DNA of 64,000 nucleotides, from assembly GCA_907165135.1 (NCBI GenBank), contig OU015568.1:10044001-10108000 (forward strand), in the 5' to 3' direction. Positions 48,866 to 59,960 of the stretch are shown in pieces. A program made the position numbers and the translations under genes. The notes beneath the pieces are model-generated. The model did no database searches, was not told the origin of the DNA, and was given only the letters and a program-made list of their open reading frames with translations. This DNA is from Oikopleura dioica. Taxonomy: Eukaryota > Animalia > Chordata. How positions within the stretch are numbered: position 1 is the stretch's first letter; every line of letters begins with the position of its first letter.

Positions 48866-50492
48866 ATAAAATTCTCATCCGACAAAACAAAGTCATCCTA
48901 ATATAATGATAAAGTTTTCTCTGAACTCTATAATGAAAATTATGCGCGAAAGGATAGCTGGGGCATTAATTATCAAAGAACGAGCCCGTGTAAAAATGAA
49001 ATTATGGCAAGTTGAAGCAGAAAGCGCCAGTTGAACTGAAAGCGGCGAGCCGCAGCAAAGTCATGGTGGTGGAGGTGGTGGCACCTTGTATCTGACCCAG
49101 CACAGATTTCAAAACTCGCAATGAAATTGATTAAGGCCCCAATCAACACCATCCACCGCCGTAGCGGGATCAGCTTCCGGTTTACCCTCACTATTGCCAA
49201 ATATGTTATGCCCCTCAAAAATCAAAATTTGCTGAGGTAAAGAAATTTCTTCTAAAATCACGAAGACGATTAAACTTAAACAACCAAGGTTCGAAGTTTA
49301 AACTTTGAACGCGAATGATTGATGCTATAATCAACACTAGATTCTAAATAGTAGTCATCTTGTTGAAGGGCTAAATAGTGGCGAGACCTTGACATGGGTT
49401 AAAGTTTATTGAATTTGATCATGATACACGTTAGAAACCGTAAGACGCGGTATTATTGTATACAGAAAATGTCACGCGCCCAATTTCATCAACAAACTCT
49501 TACCAAATAAATGTGAAAAACTCCCTCTAAAAATAATTCGGCTCCGTTTTCCCAACAGGCGCGGAGTATTAGCAGAAGCTGTCAAATCTGTCGCTTTTAA
49601 TTAGAGCCACCGGTTCAAGTCTCGTGGTGTTAAAAAAACCGAAACTCTGATTTTCTGCTCCTTTCCATTTATCGCCCTGATTGAGAGTGGGTCCATGTTT
49701 CGAATAATCTAATCAGGAGCTGCGCGGAATTGACATTGAATGTATGAAACTGACTTTTCAAATTGAAAAATGATTAGTTTCACACGGAGAAGAGTTTTGA
49801 TCAGTGATTTTAGAGCTATTATCAAGGGAAATTGATTAGAAACTTTCCTAAAAAGGCGCGCTAGAAAACAGCTAAATCTTGAAGAAGTGTAAAAGAAAAT
49901 CAAGGAGGATAAGCTGTGAACTAAAATCTTTCGTAAAAAATAATGTTTCAAAACAGAGATTGATTGTTATTGAAAACAACGTGTACTCTTTGTTCCTGCA
50001 CGTTACCGATTATTTCGTCTAAACTGACGGCAGCCATTATCGGCTCAGCCGCGCGCACGAGGGTTAACCTGCGCTCGCACCGCGTTCAACTAAACGACAA
50101 CGCAAACAACCCGTTGTCGATCTCAGCCAAAGCCGAAAATCACCACCGTGCGACCTGGAGAGCCACCGAGGTGCTCTTCGCCGAGTCCTCAAATACCACC
50201 TGTTTAAGCACAGTTAAGCATGCAAATTTAGCCCCACCTAATGCCAAGGCGCGATTCGGAGACTTCTGAATTAGACCCCAGCGAGACTGTTATTTTTTAA
50301 TACAGAAAATAATTTCAAATAACAGTTCATTTATGAGCCTTGGAGACATAAATAATGCTTGTTGGGCTCGCGAGCACTTATCAACTAGCACAAATTCATG
50401 GGGACTCCCCATTGGAGAGATACACAAGACAGGAAGTAAATGTGGTAAGCAATCGTCCTGTCGCCCTTCGCATCATAAATTATATAAGACTT

Positions 50493-50784
50493 ATGCCATC
50501 ACTTAGAGGTCCTTTCCTGACACTTTTAAAAGTATTCAAGGAGAATGCTGGTGAGGGTGGAAAACTTCCTAAGGAAGAATTGAAACAACTGATTGTAGGT
50601 TAGCAATCATAAGCTTAAAATCTTATCAACCAACGTTTCAGTGACTTTTGAATCGTCACCAATGATCGAAGCTCCGGACAAACTCTACAAGATTTTAGAT
50701 CAAAGAGAAGATGGACATATTTCTTTCAATCAGCTTCTAAATTTGCTTATTCAAAATACGACCATATGGTCTTATTACGCATGA
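50493..50784 (+). CDS. S100-like two-EF-hand protein (82 aa), most similar in pattern to S100A10
   Basis: Exons 50493-50598 and 50642-50784 (43-nt GT-AG intron, phase 1) give MPSLRGPFLTLLKVFKENAGEGGKLPKEELKQLIVVTFESSPMIEAPDKLYKILDQREDGHISFNQLLNLLIQNTTIWSYYA*. The N-terminal pseudo-EF pattern F...AG..G.L.KEELK.LI is followed by a degenerate canonical loop DQREDGHISFNQ. Confidence 0.72.
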
Positions 50785-51118
50785 TAACCTGCAATGAAAT
50801 CCTCTCTTTTAACTGCTAATAAACTCTTAATAGCCAGAGATCCTGAGCTCGAAGTGCGCGTTTAATTCATTTGCATCAATTTCAAGTTCTTCTGCTCCAC
50901 TGCCCCTAAAATGTGGCAAATAGACTCTGAGAATAAGAAATAATTATTCAAAAACGCGAATCGCAATGAAATCAATTAGATTGGTAGCAACCACTACTGA
51001 CCGCCGTGCGAGGTTCACTTCCGGAAGAGGTCAATATGACACTTGTCTTTCCAGGCAAAAGTCCAGTTTCTAACCGCCGAATCTGCGTTTTTCATGATGG
51101 CTGAACTTGCCATTTGCC

Positions 51119-51986
51119 GGTAGTAGGGATTTCCTTTTCGGCAAAAATGCCGAAAACTTCGATGGTTTTTTCTGATTTCCTTTTCGGCACTTTGCCGAAA
51201 AGCATTTCCAGTTTGAAGCCTATTTTCAAGAAAGCTTTTCGGCACAGTGCCGAAAAGGAAATCACTTTTTTGGGAAAGCTTTTCGGCTAAATGCCGAAAT
51301 GAAAATCGTAATTTTATGAATGCTTTTCGGCAAAGTGCCGAAATGAAAATCATTTTTTGGGATTAACTTTTCGGCAGACCTTTTTATTCAAATTTTCACG
51401 AAAGGCTCTTCTTTACAGTAGAAAATTTTCAAATTCACGCGTCCCCTACCTGGGGGCTCCGCCCCCTAGGTCCTAAGATGCCGGGGTCTAGTCTATGGTT
51501 ACTTAGGGTTACCTTCGGTAACCCTAACTAACCCTAGCCTATCCCCCTCGGGTGAGGTTGTTCTGTCATTTTGCCCAGTTCCCCTAACCCTAACCTTTAT
51601 TTCAGTAAAAACTATAATGCTTATTAATTCTTTCTTGGGAAATTTAAATTTTTCTTAAAATATTAATGCACCACTCTTAATTTCAAGAAGGACATACTGT
51701 CTTCTTCTTTCTAGTCTTTTGAATTCTTTGTTTAAAAAGTGCCGAAAAGCTTTTCCGAAAAACGAATGAAATAAAGTAAATTTTTTCGGCAGATCTGCCG
51801 AAAAACTTTCCCTCTAACATGAATCAATTCTGATTTCTATTTCGGCAAAGTGCCGAAAAGCTTTTCCAATAAATAGGTGAAACATGGTTATACTTTTCGG
51901 CAGTGTGCCGAAAAGTAAATCACAATTATGCCTTCAAAATGATTTTCTTTTCGGCTGCATTTGCCGAAAAGGAAATCCTTACTACG
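51119..51986. mobile_element. hAT-type MITE with repeated TTCGGCA..TGCCGAA palindromes
   Basis: TIR GTAGTA(G/A)GGATTTCCTTTTCGGCAAA. Perfect 8-bp TSD CATTTGCC at 51111-51118 and 51987-51994. More than ten internal CTTTTCGGCA/TGCCGAAAAG units. Central 51440-51600 segment has CCCTAA-like repeats. Confidence 0.85.
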
Positions 51987-53218
51987 CATTTGCCACAGAG
52001 AAGAGTTAATTTGATTTTACATGAGTTTCAATGATTTCGTCACTGGAAACGTTTCATTCGAAACTTCAGCAAATTATCAATTGCTAACGTCTGTAGCGAT
52101 GCCTCATTTTTCAGAAATAAGCATTCAGTCACAGACAGAATATAGCCACTTTTGCCAGTCCTCGTGAAATCGAATTGAACATCCTTTTGGGAGAGGTTTC
52201 GATTTGCCTGCTGTGCCAAAAACGAGTGGGTGAAAGTCAACTAGTGGTTCCCCTAATTGAGCTGTCCGCTATGCCGAAGAGTTGAATGTGAACCATTAGT
52301 GACATTATAGATCAATTATACTCATTTAGAAAAGGCCTCGACCTTGACGCTCTTAACATTATTAATTGCCGAGTGAATGCCGAAGAGTCGCTCGGTTTCT
52401 GCTGCTCTTTGCTTTCCTTTTGCGAGGCATGAAAACCGACGCCACAGAATCGCCTAATTACACTTTTGATATTACACCTAAACGGTTTCACAGCATTATC
52501 CCACCCAAAAAAACTCATTTGCGGCAGGAAAAGCCACCGCTTGAGAGAATAGCTTCCTGAAATAGTGGTCAAACTTGGATATTTTCTTTATATTTTTGAC
52601 AGCTCACCGTGGACTTTTTTATTTATCCGATCATTTATTTAAGAAAACAAAAGTCTTCGGGAATGTAAGTCGGATACAACGGGGACGTAGTTTCATATAA
52701 AATATTTTTGATTGAGTTGGCCTTTTTCACTTATTTTTAATTGAGAATCAGAACCTGGACATAATTTATTTATGTCACATAAATAACACCTCGTAGATGT
52801 CCCATGTGCGGATCTTAGGGACTGGGAAGCAACCTCCAGCAGATAGCTGTCGTCCTCATTCTTGCCTACTGTGAGAGGAGCCGTAGGAAAAATCTTAAAG
52901 TTCCCATTTGCAGAAGTCAGCGCCTGCTCAAATAAATTTGAAATGTTCACATTTGATGACAGAAGAACAGTCTAAAGTCGACCATCAAACGATCAAAGTG
53001 CAATTTGCGAAAATTTAACGGGTCGATATTATCCCCTTTGCGGTCTATCATGTTCAAGGCGGAAGCATTTAGGAAAACTCAAATCAGAAATTAATCACCT
53101 CATTAAATTATAGAATCTCCAAGGGAGAAGAACTTCATAATTCAACTTTTCCAGAGATTGGTCTTTTTTCTTTTATTTCATTTTATGATGGAAATGAAGG
53201 GACAGAAAAGGGCCAAAT

Positions 53219-53507
53219 TTACTTGGCAAGACCTTGTTCTCGAGCGAGTCGGTAGATGGAGTCATCGGATTCGCCCATTCGGCGGAGAGCTCCGCAAATG
53301 GCGAAGGTGGTGTTGGTCTTCAACATGACGCCAGTACCGGGATCGACATCGCAGAAGTTGATCTGGATAGAGGACTTGTCCTAAACAAAGCGGGTTGATA
53401 AAGGGAGTGATAAGGGTGGAGCGTACCTTGGCGCCGATGAGTCGGTTGGAGGCGGTGCACTTTCGGGGGATGTAAAGATCGACAACGCGTCCTTCGTCGT
53501 TCTGCAT
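53219..53507 (-). CDS. RPS21: 40S ribosomal protein S21 (80 aa)
   Basis: Exons 53427-53507 ([27 protein letters not shown]) and 53219-53380 (DKSSIQINF...[17 protein letters not shown]); 46-nt GT-AG intron. Confidence 0.98.
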
Positions 53508-53702
53508 TTTAATTTGTCCGAATCTGGTCTGAATTATTTTCATCAATGAGGGAATCTTGAATTGAGAGGAAAAATTGCTGAAGAAACAGTTTTTCAGAAA
53601 AAAAAGTTTGGAAATCAAGAATTCAAAAAAGAGAAATTTGATAATTTGAAATAGTCTAGTTCATTTAGAATCTTCATCATTGATCTTAAATCTTTGTTGT
53701 TT

Positions 53703-54994
53703 TCACCACCACTTTTCGTAATTGACTTCTGCCAGGTTTATCCAAGAACTGACTTCGTCGCTCATCGCTGGAGGTCCGCAGAGATACGATACTGTTTCCC
53801 TGTTGTCGAATTCTTTCACCTCTTTTTCCGATATTCTTCCCAATCTAAAAATAAGTCATCAAAACATCTAAAAAGATGGCGAACCTAAAAGAAACGCGAC
53901 GAGAATCGGCCAAGTTTCCAAGTGATTGTTGATTTGACAAAAATATTTTAATGTTGAGTTGTGGCAGACTTTCCAAGCACAAAAGCGACTCGTCTTTATA
54001 CAAAACATCGTCCCAGTGACGCCCCGAATACAGTAATGTGATGCTTTCCCAGCCATCGTCGTCGGAGGATAAATGTCTTTTAGAATTTGATGAAAATCAA
54101 AATTTTAAAAAACTACTAAAAAACGATTTCGTCAAGTAAATCGACAGTAATCTATTTTGGAATGAAAAGAGCATCAAATAAGTAAACTTTTCTATTTCAA
54201 AAATGCCCCGTAAGGACCGATTTTATCAAATTTCCTGAGCATCGAAAGAATCGGATTAATTCCAACTCCCCCGGCGATTAGCAGCAGATTCTTCTGTCCA
54301 TTCTTTCTTTTCTTCAAGAACCAATCGCCACCGACTTGAACCTAACCTTCAGGATGCAAAATTGAGCGCTCATCGTAACGATAAGGCAGGAATTTCCCAT
54401 TTCTCTAATTCACGTGTAAATCCGCGCCTCTGGTTGGCTCGTGGAAAGAACGGCGCTCTCAGGGCTGAGTCACTACTTTTTTATGATGAGTAATTTTGCG
54501 CACATGCGATGACTTCTGCTACCAGAATCGTCAGTAAACGGAGCAGAATTTTCTTCTTGACAATTTTCTTGAATTTATAACAGAGTAGAGAAAATATTAA
54601 AATCGACTTTTAAATAATGCTTTTAATTTTATCGACAGTTTGAGCATCCTTTCCGAAACTTTATCTCCAACCTCTGCTTCTTCATAAATCCACCTGACCA
54701 CCGGGTGGTGAGCCTCTCTTATTGCCAATTCCATTTCCTCATCCTTCGGCGACGAGGAAATCGAGTAACCTCCTGGATTGAGAAAATTTGGTGGAAAGAA
54801 ATCAACCCACTGGCCGGGTTGAAAGTTAAAGCGTTCGTCCCCTGTAGCCTACAATTCAACGTTCCAAAGCTTATCCTTGATCCTGCAGATCTGGCTCTAA
54901 AATGGGTCTCTGGAACATTTTCCTCGAGTGTAACTTGTTTTACCGACGATGTAAGCTGGGCGAGCCGCTTTATCCGACATCGAACTAACGACAT
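53703..54994 (-). CDS. OXNAD1: Oxidoreductase NAD-binding domain-containing protein 1
   Basis: Exons 54923-54994, 54654-54848 (FQPGQWVDFF...GGYSISSSP), 54235-54341 (VGGDWF...LLLIAGGVGINPILSMLR), 53885-54076 and 53703-53844 (YLCGPPAM...YEKWW*). Introns 54849-54922, 54342-54653 and 54077-54234 are GA-AG; 53845-53884 is GT-AG. Confidence 0.93.
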
Positions 54995-55235
54995 TCTTAT
55001 AATAAATCAAAATTAAAAAAAGAGTTGATACAAAAGTTAAAATCTGAATTAAAAAAGTAGAAAACAAAGCAATCAAAATTTTGGCAGTCTCAGGAAAAAT
55101 CTTCTCTTTTCGAGCATCTCTCAGTTGATTTTTTCGATCTTGCAATTTGCGCTAAACAAGCCGCTGTCGAAGCAAATGTCGAGAATTTTCATACTCAGCC
55201 ATGAAATAGCTTAAAACAATTTTAGCCTCCTTTCT

Positions 55236-55560
55236 CTAGGTATTTGACTTACGAATGCAAAAGTAAATAAACTGAATGACAATTCTGTACAGCTGACTGG
55301 CAGTAGTCGGCTCGGCCATGGTAAGCATTCGGCCGCCGTGCCAGAAAATCATCTTTAGATTGAACCCCTCGGCGCCGGAACCATTAAACGACCACTTGAC
55401 CCTGTCGGAAGCTGTCAGTCTAACGAGCTGATCGGTTGCGTTTTTGATTGCTTGATCAGGGTCCCAGACGTTTTGGAATTTACTTGGGAGGTAACTGTAG
55501 TCCCCATCGCTGGTCACGTGAGCTGGGTTCAACCAGAAAGCGTTGTTTCGTTGTGGAATA
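55236..55560 (-). other. Possible orphan coding fragment upstream of OXNAD1
   Basis: Open, protein-like frame DIPQRNNAFWLNPAHV...KMIFWHGGRMLT...FCI ending at a GTAAGT donor. No ATG and no family recognised. Confidence 0.3.
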
Positions 55561-55720
55561 TCGGATTCGGATTAGCAGTTGCATGGCTCGGCGAGCTCGG
55601 ATTAGCAGCTAAGGAAGCAGGAGCGCCATGACCTACTTCCAGAAGCGGAAGGTGACACAGGCGTAAGAGAGCGAGTGACAAAAAGAAGCTGCAGAGAATC
55701 ACGCAATTCAGTTCCAAAAA

Positions 55721-56010
55721 TTATAGCCCTAGGCTATAATATCTATAGGGAAGGTTAAGAGAATTATTGAGAGCCTCCAAACTCGCGCAGCCGAGAATTC
55801 GAACAACTCTCAAAAAACTCTTAAGGTAGACCATCATTTGGATTCTTACCACCATCCCGAGTCCGTTAAAGACTATAAACTACCAGTCTCTAAGACTATA
55901 AATAAGCTTCTCAGAAGCTAAAAATTTCTTCAAAGTCCAAGGACTATAAACATTCTAGTCGCCAGCTTCTATACACTTTAGAAGCTAAGAAAGCATCAGA
56001 CTATAATTTC
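55721..56010 (+). promoter_or_regulatory. Cluster of GACTATAA(A) TATA-like motifs plus a small palindrome
   Basis: GACTATAA at 55871, 55894, 55942 and 55999. TTATAGCC-CTA-GGCTATAA palindrome at 55721-55739. Confidence 0.35.
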
Positions 56011-56210
56011 ACTGCTTCGGTTTCTTCCGTACACAAAGCAGCCCCTATACTCGTTTCCTTCTACAAATATCGCCCAAGTGCGCAGTACAGGAGATTGAGC
56101 CGCTCAAAACTAAAGCCAAAAAGTTTTAAGCCAAATAAAAAGGGGGGGCGGGCTTACTAATCAGCAGCCTAAGAAGTCTCACGCCGAGACGCCGCAGCTT
56201 CAGCAGCTAT

Positions 56211-56255
56211 TTCAAATTTGAAAAGCGCGCGCGGCGGAGCAGGAGCCAATGGCGA
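56211..56255 (+). promoter_or_regulatory. Putative promoter of orphan gene A (CHR/E2F/CCAAT-type)
   Basis: TTCAAATTTGAA (head-to-head CHR-like), GCGCGCGCGG and CCAAT at 56246, ~210 bp upstream of the ATG. Confidence 0.45.
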
Positions 56256-56463
56256 AAGAGCCCCCAAAAGGAAAAAAGGGGAACAAAGCATTCTCTCGAG
56301 ATTCCGAAAGAGAAAAAAAAGCTTCCAAGAATCATTTACGACTGGAACATTACGCCTCTATTTCACTGCCCTCAAGCTCCCATACCTAACTGACCTTGAG
56401 CCCCTGTTTCAACCCCTTCTTAAAACCGGAAAGCAGCTGCTAAACGAAAATCTCTTTCAGTGA

Positions 56464-59400
56464 ATGTTTGGCGAAGCATTTGAAATAGCTGCTCGAAACT
56501 ATGCTCCAAAATGGGGACTGGCGTCGGATTCAAAACCTAAAGAGCCACTCGATTACGCCGCTAAGCAGCTTCAGAAGCTTGGAAAGACGATCTCCAGGAA
56601 AGGTTTCTGCAGACAAAAAGGAAAACCTAGATACATTAATTTCCTGAATATTTACATTTGACTCTAAAAAAAAAAAGTCTAAACCTCCAAAAGAAATGAC
56701 CTCATCCTAGATGCAATCATTGACTGGACAAGGATTTCAAGAACGATTTTCCTCTCGGGACACGAAGATGTGCAGCTCATTAGACTCTTCGTTCTCTCCG
56801 ACGTTCACAGCCTCCTCGCAAATCAGAATCTAGTCTTCAATAAGAAGACGCCGGAAAAAGCGAAGCTTCAATTCGAGGAACTCTCGTCCTGGTGCAAGAT
56901 AATATTCTGCTCCACAAGCGGAAAACAATCGCTCTGGCTTACTCCGAAACGAAGCAATCCAGCAGAGATATTAAACCGTATCTCGGAAAACATAGCGGCG
57001 GCGGAAGGCAAAACCCTGGAAGACTGGCAGCTAGAATCAGCCCCGAACCCCTTCAACCCCGCAGTAAGCCCAACGAAGCTAGTCATGAAAGGAGAACAGG
57101 ACTTGCATCCGAGCCTGGACCTCGAGAAACTTCCGACCTTCTCAGACTTGCTGAAAGAAATAAGAGAAGAAGAAAAGAGGGAAGTCCCGCTAAAAATAGT
57201 AGCTCGAAAGCTTCTCAAGCCGCCCAGCAGCAGAAGAAACGACAAGCTCCGCCTCTCGTCGGATCCGAGCCCCGAAGAAGCAAGCAGGCTGTTCCCGACG
57301 GCGGTCCTAGAAGAATTCGCAAAAAGACAAACCTTGCGCTCGGAGGAATGGTTCACAGCCTGGGACAACCTCGACCACGATCAAATCCTTGACCAGGGAT
57401 TTTGGCACGACGTCTGCTACCAGATAGTAAAAGAAAACCCTTCAAAAGCGCAAGCAGACTACGAGCATCAAAGCTTCAACAGCCGCTCCTGGCTCGGGAA
57501 GCTCATAACCAAAGGGACCGAGGAAATCTTCAATGCCATCTACAAGATCGAAGCCCAACCAAGCCCGGCGGAAATGCTCGCAAAGCTGCAAATGCTCAAA
57601 GCCTCGAGAGCCTGGCACAGCATCTGCCACCGAGAGAACGCGTGGATCACTCTGAAAAACGGCAGTGACACAGAATGGGCCAGAGAGCCACCAAAAAACA
57701 ACAAAGCATGGATCCCGGAAGTGATTGGGGAATTTAAGCAGCAAGACGCCAAAATACCAAGCTCGACACCGCTCACGAAAATACTTTCGCAGCTAATCCT
57801 CCACCTCGCACATACGCAGCTCAATAACGATAGCATCATCGGCCAAGACGGCGACTGCAGCGAAATGACCACCCAGTGGCACGCAGCGTGGAAAGAACTG
57901 ACGGAAGCAAGATCATTGAAGCCATGGCTTGAAGCAGCAGCTAGGAAATACACGCCGATGGATTCCACCCTCCGAATTAAAAAAGTAGGAGAAGGAACAA
58001 AAACCTGGACCATCTGGATCCCTCATAAAGCGGCACCGCAACTCTGGATCCTGTACTACGGCGGAGAAGCATCAAACAAGCGCGAGAAAGCCCTCCTCGC
58101 GCTAGCAGAGCATCCGGCGCTGAACTCCAAAGAATCGGAGAGTCTCAAGAAACTGGCGGCCAAGGAATGGACGAAAAACAGCTGCGAAGAATGCATTCAA
58201 AGCTTCAATAACCCAAAAAACTACTGGAGAAATGACAGATGCATGGTCAGCTCCTCAAGACCACTGAACATCCAACTGCAGCTGCTAGACACGATGGTTA
58301 GAGTGGTAAGGACTCTCAAGCTGCACCCGGAAATCCCGAGGGAAGTCACCCATCACCTCAAGATCCTTACTACAGGCTGGAAGTGGGCAGCTGGAGGAAA
58401 ATTCAGCCCTTCGCCCATCATCGAAAGATTCACAGAAGCGTGGCTATTCCACAGAACGAAAGCAGCAGAAGATGCTAGACTATCCGTGGAGGCTGACGCG
58501 GATGCTAAAAAACGCTGGAATTGCAGTTGGCCACTCTGCAAGAAGGAAGCCTGGTGTACAAAGCACAGCTCAAAGCTTGAAATTGATGGAAAAAGAAAAC
58601 AAGACTGCCAGGTCCTCCACGAAGAAAAAGCCGCTGCAATCGCGAATGTGAAGCCTCAACGGAAAACAATTAAAATCACCGGTGTGGAGTGGCAGAAGCT
58701 TCACCAAGAGCTGTCACAAATCTTCAAAGGAAACTCGCCAGCAGCCGCATCCTCAACTCTGATCGAAAAACTCCAGGAAACAGAAGTAGAGGGTTTCGAT
58801 TCAATCATAGAAGCCTGAAATCCACAGAAATCCTCCTCGGAAGCAGCAAGGAGAAAATATCAGACTTTGCAGAAAAATACGAAGCTTCAGACGCACAAGT
58901 CAGAAGCCGCGAAAGAACTGAGAACCCGTTCCTCAAGGGCCTAGTTATCTACCACAAAGGCCTCCAATACACCAGAAACGGATTCGCAGCGTTCCCCATC
59001 GGACATCGCGCGAATGTGCTTAACGAGCCACTCAAAATCCTGGCAGAAAGCATCACGAAGATCAAAAGCGGCGACTGGCAGCAAGTGGCGACGCTGATAG
59101 GCCTCACAGCGGCCACTCTAGAAGACATCATCATCGTCCTTCCAAATACAGAGGATGCGGAGAGCCTCCGAAAGCAGCTTTGCCAGAAAATCTACAATGC
59201 AAAACTAGTGTCCTTAGCCGAGAACGAAGGGCCTTTCACGAGATTCAAAAGCGGCGAGAAAAGAATCACGGGCACCTGGAACGTCGCATCTGTAGCTTGC
59301 GACGGAGAATACGAATCTATCCTTCTGCCATGTTGGGCACACCCAAAAGTGGCAGAATTGATGTTCAAAATCTGCAACGGCCAAGCTTCGGAAAACTGGT

Positions 59401-59745
59401 CAATCAGCGCTGCAGCGAAAATACAGCTCAGAAGCAACAACACTTCATGGGAAGAGACAGCGGCGAAAAGACTCGACATCAGCATCGGGGGCCCATTCAC
59501 GACCCACATCAGAGATATCCTCATGGACGCAGTCAAAGCAGCAGGCCATCGAGCAGCTAAAGAAAACCTCCCTGCAGCTGAACCCGAAAACTTCTTCCCA
59601 AATATTTGGACGCCAGCTCTGCAGGAAAAGAGTCAAAGAAAAAAATTAATTAAGTTTTCAGAAGCTTGAAATTAGGAAATTCTAGCTGCATCCAAGACTC
59701 TATCTTAAGACGCTGGAAGAAAGACTCACTCGCCTCCTCAACTAA
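56464..59745 (+). CDS. Orphan gene A (~1070 aa, Trp-rich, Cys/His cluster, weakly helicase-like C-terminal domain)
   Basis: Exon 56464-56597 joins the 682-aa ORF through GA-AG intron 56598-56693 (phase 2, frame verified). The junction to the 326-aa ORF near 58730-58827 is a short intron or a 1-nt deletion. A probable final GA-AG intron 59625-59685 leads to LHPRLYLKTLEERLTRLLN*. Confidence 0.75.
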
Positions 59746-59919
59746 AACAAAAAAGACGCCAAAAGCCTCATTCACACTAGTATTCAGGAAGGAAATCAAT
59801 ATCCATTCATTAATCTAAATTAATTCGAGCCATTTTCCAAAAAGAAAGGGATTTCCAACCAAGATTCAGCAGCTAAATCAAAGAATCCGCCATTTTCACC
59901 AAAAAGCAGCAGAGCGAAA

Positions 59920-59960
59920 GCCATTGGGCGGCGCGAGGGCCAATCAGCGCGCGGCGCCAC
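59920..59960 (+). promoter_or_regulatory. Putative promoter of orphan gene B (double CCAAT, GC/E2F-like)
   Basis: ATTGG at 59923, CCAAT at 59940, flanked by GGCGGCGCG and GCGCGCGG. Confidence 0.45.

Noticed and set aside
49555-49630. tRNA-Lys-like sequence (CTTTTAA loop, GGTTCAAGTC B-box)
   Set aside because: Acceptor, anticodon and T stems do not pair; at most a decayed tRNA or SINE remnant.
52693-52950. Exon-like ORF downstream of RPS21
   Set aside because: Alternative frames contain stops and no homology was recognised.
58689-58818. Programmed ribosomal frameshift between the overlapping 682-aa and 326-aa ORFs
   Set aside because: No slippery heptamer or stimulatory structure is evident. 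A short intron (58793-58827 GT-AG or 58730-58827 GA-AG) or a one-base C deletion explains it more simply.
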